From Xylographa opegraphella (Eukaryota): a stretch of DNA of 64,000 nucleotides. Made by a program: the position numbers and the translations under genes. The stretch is from positions 248,001 to 312,000 of the forward strand of contig JALDZX010000019.1 in NCBI GenBank assembly GCA_022813865.1, read 5' to 3'. Below, one piece after another: positions 48,194-63,218 of the stretch. The first letter of the stretch is position 1, and every line of letters begins with the position of its first letter. Under the pieces are notes generated by a model. That model saw only the letters and a list, made by a program, of their open reading frames with translations, searched no databases and was not told the DNA's origin.

Positions 48194-50839
48194 ATGTACA
48201 GCCTTGCAGCCGCCTCCAAAGAGCTTTCGATATGTTTGAGATGTCAGCTTCGGCTTGCCAGCCGCCGTACAATCGACCCTCGTCCAGCTCGCCATCCAAG
48301 ATTTCCCCAAGCTCGAGTTGTTCACAGTGGACACAGGTTGCGGCAAGAAGAGCTTGCCGACTCCTACGAGGAAACCTCGGCATACTTCACAGATATTCCA
48401 CAATCTTTTGATCGATATGTCGGACAGGACAGGGTCATTTTCAAGCCGAGGGCACGTGGGCGTAAATGGCGCCGCCTCCGATTGGGCGAACAGACGGTTA
48501 CACTTGACATGAATGTATTGGGAAAGCCTGCACAGATAAGAATACTACCGGATAGGCCAAAGTATCGAGAAGATTATCCACTTGTTGATGACCCCCAAGG
48601 CGTTCCCACCGATAGCACCTCACCCGAAGAACTCCTGCGTACTATGGCGGAGGAAGATGGGGCTCTTGTTCCTGCGGTCATCAATGATAGCATCCAAGGA
48701 ATCTATCGAAAGTTCGCTGCGGATTGGATTCTTGGTAATACGCCTACGTTAGCACGTTGTCGGGAGGTTGCGCAGGAGCTACATGATGGGTTTACAGCTC
48801 CCCAGCTTTTGGCTTACCTTAAGGCGCGAACAAAGAATACGTCAGGACTTGGGACTACAAATTATGATGACTTGGAGGAACGCTTTCTATCAAAGCTTTG
48901 TACGCGGTCTGCATGGTTTAGCGGATTATCGAACTTTCCAGAAGAAGCCGTGTTACGCCTGAATCCCGGGATTGCGGTGAAGAGACAAGATGAGTTTCTG
49001 ATAGGATTTGAACCATCCCGAGGGAAGGCTAAGCAGACTGAGAAACAACGAGTGATTGAGAGAATCCTCAGAGAAGCTTGGAAAGTAAGATGCAAAGAGG
49101 AAAAGGCAATGGAAGGCGAACTTGACATTAGATTACAAGCTGAGCACCTTCGCTTGCTGCTGAATCATAGTAAGTTGTATTGAGACCATGGATCTGTTCA
49201 TAGCTTATTGATATAGAAACGGACATTTTCAAGCAATTATCAGAACAGTACAATGCCAAGATTGATATTTCGCGATCTCAGCACATTGTTCGAATCACCG
49301 GGGACTATGCCATTTGCTCAGACCTAGCGAAACTGATATACTTCATGATTGAGAAAATTGAAAGCGTGGACATTGAGCTTCCCGCAGCAACGAACGTAAT
49401 GCGGTACAAGAATTCATCCACCACCACGGCCCGAGGTGCGCTGAGTGACAGCTTATACGTCCAGCACATCGAGAAATTGACCAATACGCTGATCAAGGCT
49501 ACTCAATCGACGCGGCGAAACTATGTTACGAAGGTAAATCCTAGTAATTGTGCTCTTAAGGCTACAATTAATGGGTTTTCAGTTGCGTGTATATTACATT
49601 GGGCCTGATACCACTGATCTCGAAGACGTCCGACGGCTGGTTTACCAGCTTCTCAACCCGGGGAAGGCTTACAAATGTCAAGTACAGTATGATCCTCAGG
49701 ATAAGCTGATGGTCCCGATACAGGCTCCAGTCGAGGTCGGTCCAGCCATACCATGGACGGAGAGGCGCACCCCTTGGACTCGTTGGCGGGATGCGAACTG
49801 GGTTCAAAACTCCAAGCACAAAGGCCGAATATCGAAGACGTCAAAATCAGTCCTTGCTGATGGACAACCACACTCACTCGCTCATGAAATCGGCAAATTC
49901 TTATCCGAAGATAGGCCGAAATTGAGAGATACTGATCGGGTGGAGGGAGATCATGTCTATTGGCAGCCCTATCAGAAACACATGGTCTCCGCAGTGCTCG
50001 GGTATATCACTTATCCCGTGCTATCGCGACTCGCGCAAGCGAATTATATACAGGCAAGAACATACATGTCAGGAAAGGATCAAGAGACGAGACTGCGAAA
50101 AGCATTCCTCAAGACTATCGACTCTCGTCGAACCCTGGTGACCAGTCTACCCGGAAGCTTGGAAGCATTCGAACGCTTACGGGGCACTGATAGCCAAGAA
50201 TTTCAGGACATACGCGTTCGCCTGCAACCTAGCAGGACAGAGAGCGGTGCTGAGGTTGAGCTGAGGTCACTCCCGGAAGTCGAATTGCGAATCAGACTCA
50301 ACAACCAGACCAAAACAGCTGGAGTTGAGTCCGTTCGGCTGGTCCGGGACGAACGTGAGTCAGACTTGTTATTGCCCCAAGAAGTTGCCGATGCCAGGTT
50401 CCGAGCCTACACCTATTTTGAGTCCAAACCTCAGCTCGACCCTAAAATCACCGACTTCCTCAGCGGCAGTAATTTCAATGTGTGGGGCGAGAACCGGCTA
50501 CAGACACCCTCGAAACTGAACCTGTTCGTCCCGCGCTTCGCACTTCCCGAAAGTGCGCGAGGCCAGGTCGAGGCCGCAGATGGGATCGACGTCGAGTACG
50601 TCTTCACGAGTCTCGAATATCACTCGTATATGCGAACCATGTACGAGGGATGTCGAGCGTACTACAACACGGTCGAAGCGGGCAAGACGGGTGGCAGACG
50701 GACGGATCTGTGGTTGGAGACGCCGATGGTGGCGCCGCACTCTGCCTACTATCTCAACAGAGATTTTGTGCAGTTCTTGAATACGGTGCGCAGCATTGTA
50801 TCCACGATGGGCCAAGGAGCTCCAGCAGTGGTCTCCTGA
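48194..50839 (+). CDS. SLS1: Mitochondrial inner-membrane-bound regulator, Sls1-like
   Basis: Arg-rich presequence (SICLRCQLRL), ELHDGFTAPQLLAY, IERILREAW...GELDIRL, ESDLLLP...DARF, VEAGKTGGRRTDL; two introns. Family assignment is from memory of these motifs. Confidence 0.7.
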
Positions 50840-50935
50840 ATTAGCGGGGCGGACCGGACCTCTATCGAGTTACCCGGTCTCGACGGTAGTGTGGTGATGT
50901 AATAAGCGAGTAGCTTTGAACATGAAATTGACTCC

Positions 50936-52966
50936 TCAATCCCACGCGCGTAAGAAACCTTTATAGACAGTCTGCAGATCCCAGATGCATGAACTCCGAG
51001 GCCCCGGCACAGCCTTAACAGCATCGTCCCACAGATACGCAAGCATATTGCGTTCCGCGGTCACCCACGCGTCGTCCCCGAAGTTCATGGTCGTCGTCAC
51101 CGCATCGGCGACGTACCAGGCCCTCCAACCCTTCTCCAACGCAACTCGACTATGCTTGACCAACACCGCCGTAAGCATCTCCAGCGATCTTCCCCACGCG
51201 GTGGTATTGTCAAAGAACCTCGCCTTCAGCTCGCGGACGAAGCGGCCTGAAATCTCAGGCGAGTCGAAGAGCTCCCTGATCGCAAGGTTCATGAATATCA
51301 GAGCCGCGAGGCGGGTACACTTCCGCGGCCGCCGTGGCGCGTCCGCATTGCCGAGGTCGTGCCGGCACAGCAGTTGGGACGCAGCGCTCATGATGAGATC
51401 CTGGATCGAGAGCTCGAGATTTTCGGTGCAGTCGCCGGCCACGGAGCCGACGAGGAGCATGAAATCCTCGAGCTCGTGGATGAGGTACATGCTGTCCTCG
51501 CAGAACCAATAGATGCCCTTGCGGTCGTTCGTTGACAGGTCGATCGGGCTCCAGCCGGTATAACTGCGCGGGACGTTGAGGGCGAGGGGGGCCAGGCTTC
51601 GCACGATGGAGTAGGTTGGGTACCGGGGACTGGAGAGAGCGATGTAGGCTCGGATGACGTCCATTCTCACGATGACGTCTTCGAGGTCGGGGTTGTCTTT
51701 GAAGGTGCTCATGCCGCCTCGTTGGTCGATCAGGCGGGCGAGGCCGTTCATGTGGGTGGCGAATCCCTGTCCGTTCTTGTCAATGAGCTCGTAGCCCGCA
51801 ATATTCACTACTGCGCCGATGGACGGGTCGCTAATGGCCTCCACCGGGTCTTTCACCCGGTCCGTGATCAGTTTCAGTGCTTTCTGCTTGTGCTCAATAG
51901 CCAGTGGCGGCTCCTTCGTCCCGTGCATCTGAGCCAGATTACCCAATGTGAAGCCGAGTATGACATGTATGGGCGTTGGGTCGTGTGCCGCAACGCGCGA
52001 GTACAGCCAGCCCAGGCGCTTGAAGTTCGTCCCAGCCACCATGTCATCCATGATCGACGGCATCACCCATGCGAAGTGATGCAGTAGAGCCTGGGTTGCA
52101 GGTCCCACATCGAACGGTATCCTCGAGAACGGATTGACTTGCGACTGTCCCACGGCCGCCCAGGGGTCGCCACGGAACGGAAGTCCATAGTCTTCCGGCG
52201 CACCAGGTATCTCGTCCTCAATGCTAACCTTGATAGCGCCTGCTGCTCCATATCTCTCGTCTTTCCGCCGCCTTACGTAGTCTTGCACGGATCCTAGGAG
52301 CTCCTCGCCCCTGCCGTCCGGCTCCAAAATCCACGGCGACGCGGCACAAAGACTCCTATTCTCCGACGAGGAGCTTTCGGTCTTTACCACCTCTTCCTTA
52401 GCCTTCCGTTTATGCAGCCCCGTGCCCTTGGCAGTCCCTCCCGAGGCTGCACTCTTGTTGTCCCCGTACTCCCAGCGCTCTCTCCGCCGGTATTCCCGCA
52501 TCACGTGCTTCCGGATCGCGCGTCGGGCTTGCTTTGCATCCTCGTTCGCCACGAACTGGAACTCGGGCTTGAAGGTTGGTACGGGTACGGCAGGCGTACA
52601 GCTCTGCGTTACTGGCCCTATCACGACGGTAGTGTCTCCGTTGTCCTTCTCGTTTCTGACCTCTCCAAAGCTCTCTTTGAGACTGCCGCACACGATCGTA
52701 TCTCCATTTGGTCTACCGTTCATGTACGTAGGCACTGCAGACGGCGATCCTGCTGGGATTCCAGGCAGTGGGCGACCTAGACTGTGCCCCACGGTTTGGG
52801 GGGCTGCAGTAGTCGGTGAAAGGTGCTGCGGGGGTTGAGCGCGTGGAGAGTACTGCTGCGGGTAGCCGATCGTGGTCAGAACTTGGGCAGCGGAGTAGGC
52901 ATCGGTATCCGAAGGAGGGCGGCGGCGAGCAGCGGCTGTCGAAAGGTAAGAGTCTATGGTAGGCAT
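50936..52966 (-). CDS. Fungal transcription-factor-like protein lacking a Zn2Cys6 cluster
   Basis: FQFVAN...ARRAIRKHVMREYRRR, VNPFSRIPF, HMNGLARLIDQRGGM. Long single ORF; start uncertain (frame open to 53041). Confidence 0.72.
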   Translation of the reverse strand: MPTIDSYLSTAAARRRPPSDTDAYSAAQVLTTIGYPQQYSPRAQPPQHLSPTTAAPQTVGHSLGRPLPGIPAGSPSAVPTYMNGRPNGDTIVCGSLKESFGEVRNEKDNGDTTVVIGPVTQSCTPAVPVPTFKPEFQFVANEDAKQARRAIRKHVMREYRRRERWEYGDNKSAASGGTAKGTGLHKRKAKEEVVKTESSSSENRSLCAASPWILEPDGRGEELLGSVQDYVRRRKDERYGAAGAIKVSIEDEIPGAPEDYGLPFRGDPWAAVGQSQVNPFSRIPFDVGPATQALLHHFAWVMPSIMDDMVAGTNFKRLGWLYSRVAAHDPTPIHVILGFTLGNLAQMHGTKEPPLAIEHKQKALKLITDRVKDPVEAISDPSIGAVVNIAGYELIDKNGQGFATHMNGLARLIDQRGGMSTFKDNPDLEDVIVRMDVIRAYIALSSPRYPTYSIVRSLAPLALNVPRSYTGWSPIDLSTNDRKGIYWFCEDSMYLIHELEDFMLLVGSVAGDCTENLELSIQDLIMSAASQLLCRHDLGNADAPRRPRKCTRLAALIFMNLAIRELFDSPEISGRFVRELKARFFDNTTAWGRSLEMLTAVLVKHSRVALEKGWRAWYVADAVTTTMNFGDDAWVTAERNMLAYLWDDAVKAVPGPRSSCIWDLQTVYKGFLRAWD

Positions 52967-53827
52967 TGTCGTGTCAGAGGACAAGGCTCTGTGAGCATAA
53001 GTGATCGAGGGAGCAGGGTCGAAAAGGACTGGTACGTTCAACGACGTTGTATAGCTGTGCTGGTTTCATGCTTGTCGATAAGCATATAATGGGCAAATGG
53101 CTCAACATAAGGACGGCAGGAAAGTACACTCCCGAGGTCCGCCTTGGGCGTGACAGCAAGCGCGGACGAGCAAGATGACCGTTGATCCTCAACACTAGCT
53201 GGGCTATCAGCCGCACGCAGCTTGTTTAGCAACGTCTTTTCTTGGGAACTTAACTGTTCGGGGCTAACTTCTATGCCGTGGTTCCACGAGGCGTCTCTTT
53301 CCACCGCCTGACCAAGTGTAATATAATAATAGTAACGTAGATACCCAGCTATAAGGTATGTATGGTGTGTACCTGCATGCTATGTTTACACGGATGTCAA
53401 CGGACAATGCTCAGCTACTCAAGTTCAGCGACTGTACTACGTAGCTCCGGAGGTTAATAAAGCCCCGTTACTGCCTCCAAAAGACCCGGAGCTATTAAGC
53501 CGAGCATGGAAGTTTCCAAAGCTCGCGAATGCCCTCTGCCCCGAGTCTTTTGCGAGAAGACCTCGAGACTGTTTCGTCTGCACAAATACACGATGGACAT
53601 GCACAATGTGGAAGAGAAATGTCAGACAGTCTCATGATTCTCGTCTGAATGCTCATAAATACCCTCAACCATGCCAATACCGTAATGCATCGTCTGGTCT
53701 TGCTGACTAGATAGCAGTACCAACATTTTCGCTTTTTCTGTCTGCTTTTGTGGATTCATGCCGCATGTAACAAGCATTGGGTATTATCGCGAAAAAAAAG
53801 ATCCCTCAATAAATGATCATACCAGGC

Positions 53828-56220
53828 CTATACCGTCGTCTCGTCTGATGGTCTTGCCGCCACTTCGTCTCGGTCTGGATCGTTACCGCCCTCCAAGTGT
53901 CTGATCATCGCCCTTTCTCCCACGCCCTTCTCTTCCGACTCCAACTTTCGCATTTCCTGCCTACACTCGTCTTTCTCGAATGCAATCTCTTGCTGTTGCA
54001 GCTTGTACCACTGCTTGTGTCTCTCGCACCGCTTCTTCTGGCACACCCCTTTTCCACTCTCATCCGCATGCGAACTGTCTCCGTTTGTCATTTTCTGGTC
54101 CCCATCCTCGTCAATGGTAGTATTAGGAGCCGTGAGTACACCCGTCTCTAATGAGGTCTGACCATCGCTTGACGCACGCCACGTATCGAACTCTTCATCG
54201 GACCAGGTAAGGCGAGAATCGAAGCCACAGATATCCTTGACACCTTCCTTCTTTTTCAATTCCTCCAAAGTGCTCTTCGCCCTTGTCCTGACCAAGCCGA
54301 GAAATTTCTCTCTGACTTCGAGCGTTTCACGCTTGCGCTTGAGGGAAGTTCTTTTCGATGCTATATCTGCAAGCTGAGCTTTCTCTTCAGCGGTATAGAC
54401 GACCTTCAGCTTTTCCTTGCTCATCTGATCTCCATTATCCATTTCCATAGCGTTCTGATCGGGGCTTGCTGCTCTTGATGGGCTGAGTACTCCTTCCCCT
54501 AATTTGTTGAACTCCTCGATATCCTTGACTCCGCTTGTCAACGCCTTCAGCTCACCTGCATGTAGGATACCGCCACGCAGGTAAGCTTGATCGACGTCAT
54601 CATCGTTCTCGTTCTTCTCGTCGTCCTCAATTCCCACGTTATCTGTGATGTTTTCCTTCCTCCTCTTCCTGCCCACACCTGCAGCACCTGCACCCTTGAT
54701 ACCCTCGCTTTTCTTCGCATCTTTGCCAAGCGCACGCATAGCCATGAACTGTTCTCCATGTTGATCACAGCAATATTTTGAGGGTTTAGCGCCTGTAACG
54801 CGAGCGGGCTCCCGGCATGTATCCAACCGACACATTGGCTTCCAAGTTGTCTGACCCACACCATTCGCTTTACAATTGGGACCTTATCCATTAGCTATGT
54901 GGACACTCGAGCAATGGATAGACACATACAAATATACTTGTCGATTAGGTTACCATCTCTCTCGTTCATGTTGACACATCTGCCATGAAACCAGTCCTCG
55001 CATCCGCCGTCGCAACCTATCATCCATGTATGATCATCAGGTTTACGACAGATACAGAAAAGCTCTGAATCATCATCCACGTCGTCATCATCATTGGTGT
55101 CTGGATCCTTAGACATAGGAGCAGGAGAACTTTGCATTGGAGTGGTCGAGCCCTGTTTCCTGTTCCTAGGCCCTGGCGTTTTACTGGCACGACTTGATGC
55201 CGGTGTTCCTGATCGCTGCGAGATCGAAGTTCCATCCACACTGTCTAGATCGAGTTTACGCTTCTTAGCTGTAGGCTTTTTTATTGCACTTGCAATACCC
55301 TTCTTTTCGACCTTTTTCTCTTTGGGCGCTGATCGCTTCATAGCTGCAACAGGTTGTGGGGTACTCAGATGCCCATTCTCTGGGACTACTGCCTCCACTT
55401 CGGCTTGAAATCCTAACGTGCTGTCTTCGCGTTTCATAGCGACCACAGTTGGTGCAGGTGTAATATCGGCTTCAGCCGTAATCTGATCACTCGGCCCATC
55501 GAGCTGTTCCTGATTTGGTGAAAGCGCATGTTTACCATTTTGAGCAAAGCTTGCGCTCTGTTCCTCGACCTCTGGCTTTATTTCCTGTTGAGATCTGTCG
55601 AAAGGAAGTTCAGTCTCGTTCTGAGCAGCCATCGTCGATATAGATGACTTTATGACTCTAGGACTCGTAGGTACTGGAGATGGGTCCATCACTTGGTGAA
55701 AACTTGGTAAATGTTGTTCAGAAGTGTTGACTTGTTGATCGTGCTTGTCTACCAACGGCCCGTCGCGTAACGGAGCTTCTCTTGAATTATCTATCTCATC
55801 AGACACGGAACTGTTGAGCGGTGGTAGTTGTCTTGGCTCCCCATTCGAGATATCTGACAACTTCCTGGTACTCATCTGATTGTTATTCGGAGCATGGTGG
55901 TCGAAAGGTGGTGAGAACGAGGGTGATGAATGAGCGAGAGCGTGAGGCATTGGCAGAGAGATGTGACTAGAATCTGGTCGTGAGGTTGACTCAGAGTATG
56001 TTCTTTGACTGGAACTTGAAGGCATCATTGGCGTAGTAATGAAGTGAGTGGTGGAATGAGCGGGTGAACTAGTGGTGGCTGCGATTGCCAGAGCTTCGAG
56101 AGGTGAGGTAAGTGAGATATTGCGATTGTGTTGACGAGTCTCCCCATTCGGTGTTGTTTGAGCGTTGGCAGATGCGTCCGAGCTTGGGGCCGGATTGAGC
56201 AGATTTGCTAGCTTGGACAT
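53828..56220 (-). CDS. SPP1: COMPASS/Set1C PHD-finger subunit
   Basis: PHD FCICRKPDDHTWMIGCDGGCEDWFHGRCV...KYICPNC across intron 54883-54929; SKYCCDQHG, ICGFDSRL, CQKKRCERHKQW. Confidence 0.9.
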
Positions 56221-56408
56221 CGTCGCGAGCAGTCAGAGATGCGCCTCGGCAATAATTGGATTAGTGACAGGCTGGAATTATCGGTACACTACTCGCGACC
56301 ACATTGATACCGCACATAAAGATATCCATCGTGGTTGTCGTGTGTCCGTCCCAGCTTCGAGTTGCTAACAAGAAGTCCAGCCCTCGGGATCGGCGGGGAA
56401 CGAGCTTG

Positions 56409-56418
56409 ATCACGTGAC
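56409..56418. promoter_or_regulatory. E-box ATCACGTGAC (Cbf1/SREBP-type bHLH site) in the SPP1-SEC39 divergent promoter
   Basis: Exact RTCACGTG match in a ~320-bp head-to-head intergenic region. Confidence 0.4.
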
Positions 56419-56537
56419 AGCGGCCACTTTCTATCAAACATGATTGGTTCCAGAAAGTAGGAGCTCTGTTCAGTCCAATTGTCATCAGGACATGGTTTTG
56501 ATGGAACCGCCTCCATTTGCTCACGGTACAGCTGAAA

Positions 56538-59475
56538 ATGGGGTTGCACACAGCTCATGTCATACTACAAGCTATACAACGTATTGTGGAGGCCAATATT
56601 TCGGCCCTGCGAAATCTTGTAGCTTCTCACGCTGATGTCCTCAAGGTCGACCTTGTCCTTCGAGCTCTCTTAACATACCTCCCAGAAAGCACCGATCCAG
56701 ATGTATATACTGGCTTTATTCGAGATCTTACTTCTGGTGCCTTGAGTCCAGTCGATGCCACTGACGACTCTTCAAGCTCTATCCTGGAACTTTCTGATTC
56801 TGAAGCTCGCCAGCAAGTACGGAAGCTGCACCTCTTGCAATTGACTGAATATATCGATGACGACGGAAATTTGATCGATCGCTTCACCTCGTTTCTCTTG
56901 GATCGAGCACATCGAATAGACTCAGAGACAGGCGCACTTCCAGTTCTGCCACAACTTCTGGAACCGTTCCTAGATCATTCGCAGTATCTCCGAACTTGGG
57001 CAATCTCTAAGCTTCTCCCACTGCTTCGACTCAACTATGAATACTACCCAGATCGTGCACCCGAATACTCTCTACAAACTTTCGAGGCACTTCAAGTAGG
57101 TGAAGCCGTTACCTCTCTATTGTCCGAGGCTTTGCGGCAAAACGACGAGCATCCTGAATCTGAACTGGGAAGAGATCTGAGATGCCTCGTAGGCCCATGG
57201 ATGTATGGGTACCCGAGGAAGCGTATAAAGCTTAGCACAACTGAAAGAGGTGACTCTCAAGCTCCCACGACAGGGAATGTTCTGAGGCAGGATCTTGAAG
57301 GCCGCTCAACATCTTCAGCGTGGAGTTATGTCAATGATTGGCTTCTTGAACTCTCAATGAGAAACTTCAGCCAAGCGGCGAAGGCGTTTCAACAGTGGGA
57401 TGGCCCACAGGATGTGGATTATGGCAATTGGGATAATGGTACGGCTGTGGCGAACAAAGAATCGGACGTGGACCAAACCATCTACTATATGCAGACAGGG
57501 CTGGCTATAATATACTCCACGCACAGCACATCAAGCAATATTTTTGTCGAGAGTGATAGAACCATTCACCGAGTTGCGGACTTACTTGAGTTGCGTGCAG
57601 ACCGGAGCCTTCGGATAGAAGATCCCAAGTCTTCACCCGTGCATATTTCCACAGACTTCGTCGGATCTCTTTCTCCAGCTCATTTGTTACATAATGCTTT
57701 ACTTCGCACTTCAAACCCACTCACATATCCTACCAATGAATCTATAGAACTGGCAAATTTCACAGTATTCTCAGGTCAAATTCTTCAATCACTGGGATTC
57801 CTTCAGCCTATCAAGGACATACTTGTGACGGCTGTCTTCGGGGCTGCGTCGGACCAGAGGGAGATTCTTCGAAAAACTTTACACGCATTACGCCAGCAAT
57901 ATGGCAAATCCAAAGATGATAGTGGCTGGAAACGCTACCGGGAACAGCTTCTGTGGCTGCATGATTGGGGTCTTTCAGAGCCGTCTCGGACTTTTGATAC
58001 TTCAAAGCTGTCCCTAGGTATGTTTTGCAAGATTGATATCGAAGAACTCGAAGTAGAATTCTTGAAAATGCTCTTATTAGAAGGACGTATGTTATATCTA
58101 GCAGGATCATGAATAATTGTGCTAATTGTGCATGGCTAGACAATAATCTCGCTGTATCCATCTATTGTACTCACAGTCCTGTACCGCTACCGATGGATTT
58201 GGTTGAGAAAGCGACACTTGAAGTTGCTTACGGGTTTTATGATAATGCTAGTAATGGTAACAGATCTCGTGGTGGCATGAAGAAAACATCTGATCTGTAG
58301 GCTTCGAGCACGCTTTATCTGTGTGACTTTGATGCTAAAAGTAAGCATAGGGTAGCAATATTTCGACCCCATTTCACCGAATCGGAGGCATACAGACAAA
58401 TTAATGCATTGTTGCTTGCGACACACGCCTTGTCATATTACACTCTGGTCTTACATCATGGTGTGCCTTTTCAACCCGTGAACATTAGAAGCAGTCCTAA
58501 TGCACTTGCACTGATCGAAAGTGTTCTTAAGCAAAATCCAAGAAGTTACGCAAAACTGGATGATCTCCTTGACATTGGCCTGAATCTTGTCAAAGCAGGT
58601 CTCATAAAGTCGGATGAGAGCACGAGTTCGACTCAACTCGATAGCACTGAAAGACAGTCGGCAATAGTAAAGCGCCGCATAATCGCAAAAGCAATCGAGG
58701 CAGCTTTGGCAGAGGAAGATTTTGATACAGCCTACTCGTACGTTCTCAACCGACTTTCGCCATCCGAAGCAAGTCGTCGAGAAATTTCTAGCACTAACGA
58801 GATGCAAAAAACCACCGAGGACAATATCACTTGGCAGGCAGCTTTTCAGGCAGGTCGCTCACCCACGAAAGGTACGAGTGGGACCTCAGAACTCAGACAA
58901 CTCGAGCAACGAATGGAACTCTTATCGCAAGCCGTTCTCCTAGCGCCGTCTCCATCCCTCCAAGAGGTTTTATCTACCTGGCGGGATTGTGAACATCAGA
59001 TGAATCAATTACTCATGCAAGAATCGGAAGCAGATTCAGACTGGGACAGCAGAGGCGATCTGACACTTCCTGGGGGGTTCGGGCAAGAGAATATTGCCGA
59101 CATCCCGCAGAAGCCAAGGGAATCTACTCGGAATGCACTGAACGAGGGAGCACCGATGGGTTTGTTCGATGTCGCAAGAGGAGCCGCATCTGCATTTAGC
59201 AAAACCGCATTTCCCTTGAGAAGTTCCGGGCTTACAGACTCGAGCTTGAAAGGCCTCGTGAAGACTCAAGTGCAGCCTACGAGCCCGGCAGTTTCGGAGG
59301 CTGGTGGTATTGACGGAGAAGGTAGAGTCAGAAAGAGAGACATGGTGAGCAATATGGTGACCGGTGGATTGGCGTCGGGCATTGGCTGGGTTCTGGGTAA
59401 GTCTGATACTCAATCCGCCATTTGAGTCACCCTAATCGACACACAGGTGCTCCTTCGGCAAGAGACGATCATTGA
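56538..59475 (+). CDS. SEC39: Dsl1 tethering complex subunit Sec39
   Basis: VLRALLTYLPES, LLPLLRLNYEYYP, YDNASNGNRSRGGM, ATHALSYYTL..GVPFQPVNIR, AIEAALAEEDFDTAYSY, VTGGLASGIGWVLGA; three introns. Confidence 0.88.
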
Positions 59476-59966
59476 GCTGTATTATTTGCACATAGGGGGT
59501 CAACTGCATAGCGTTGGCGCACACATTCGAATGTTGGAAAAAATACGAGCTTTCCTGGTTTCGCTGGCAGCAAGGTCCTCCAAGCTGGGGTGTGTGATTA
59601 TTATGTCCTAATTCTGCACCACAGCAATTTTAGTAGCGCTCAAGTCCAACATGGAGTGTGCGACATATCTGTAACACATGAATGATGTAGTGTGAAGTTT
59701 TCGCCCTCATGAATTATGACCGATAACTCGACGCTAAGCGTTAGTCCGCAACCCTCGCCTACTTAACGGATTTTCTCACCACAATTTTCTTTTCTCTCTT
59801 TGTCAACGCATGTGAGTATCCTCCATCATCCTACATCATCTCAACGACTACTAATCATCTAATAGACCACTTCACACTAAGCTGAAGTATCTGCGAATCC
59901 CATTCTCTTCAACTCTTTCCATCACTACATCTACATAAAAACCGATTACTACACACAACCGCCAAT

Positions 59967-61742
<1,776 letters not shown>

Positions 61743-63218
61743 AGCGTATGAGTATGATGATAATACGAGATTTCTACCCTGCAACTTCGGTGCGTTCCTG
61801 GCGTTGTGGTTAGATAGACAAGCCCCAGTCACTTAGCTTAGCACGAAAGCCGAATGAGTGATTGACAAAATCTGCTGTGCGCATTCGTGACATCGCTTAA
61901 CGTGAATATTTCTTCTCGGCCTCGAGCTTTTATCAAGGATTGTAGGCTGATGGTTGTTGTACTGTTAAGTATACAGCTCAGATACTAATTCGATGACCAT
62001 GACTGATAGTTCACGCCGAATAGGGCACTAGATATAAGATATAACTAGACTACATCTTTGACGGGTTGTGGTTGCGAAAGAGGTGTGTATGGTATTCCGT
62101 ATGGCATCATTGCTGAAGTACAAAAACTTTTTATATTCATAAGATGTCATCCAAGGCCATACCCATACCAAATCTCTTCATCAGAATACTTTAACAGCCT
62201 CAGAACGATCTGTTTACAGGCAGCTTGCTGCATTACTGATAAAGCGTCTCGTCTCTTCAGTCACTTTTAGTCGTCACAATTGCATTCCCATCTACCTTAC
62301 TGTGATTATATAGCTACACATGCTGCTCAAGCCACGCGTTGGAATATACTGCATTGCTTTTCGTGTAAGCTGTATCCATTCTACATTGTGGCAGAGCGTT
62401 TTCCTTGCCCGTTGGGTAATCCATCTATGTCCTTTTGTTTCCTGATCTCGTGTATCGGTCGAGTGCACTGCACACTTACAGGGGCGAAACGTGCTAGGCT
62501 GGCAGCGAAGATGCTAGCTACACTGGTAGGATATGATGGCTGATGAGTATATGCTGCGGTAGCCCATTTTTGTGTATATGATCCAGTATGTGGTGGTCAC
62601 TGGTAGGGTTGGTGGTGAGTTCGGTATGGGACCTGGTATCTTCGTTAGGGTGCGGAGGTTTTGGCGGACAGACTTTACGGCGTTTGGACATTCGTGACAG
62701 GGTATCCGAGAGGGCTTTTCGTTCTGCTGGTGTTGGTGGGTAGAGATGCAGTAGCTTAGTATGGGGTTCTTAGATGTTTACTCAACATAGCTCGAGCTCG
62801 AGGCCCTTACTTGGGCCTCTGTTCGAAGTTTGATGACTGTATCAAGGAGCATGAGTAAGAGCAACGAGAGGTTGATTTGGATGACCAGGAAGGTATAGCT
62901 CGTCCGAAGCTGGACATGGGTTGAGATCACTCAGGTCTATAGAGACCATAGCTTGGGAGTGCAAACTCCGGCATGGTTGTATATGCGCGGATTTGATAGC
63001 TACGAGGTCGCATGTTAGCGGCTCTTCTGGAATGAGGGAAAACCGTGTTGGCTCTCCTAGAATTGTCTGCATGAAGATATGTACATCCAGACGAAGCTGT
63101 CTTTCCACATATCCCATCAGCGCTGAACAGCTAATCCGAGGCATGCCTCCTTTCAGCAATACAACCGGCTAAGTTGACCCCTCTTCTTCTCAGCATAGCA
63201 CCAAAGTCTCTCTACTCA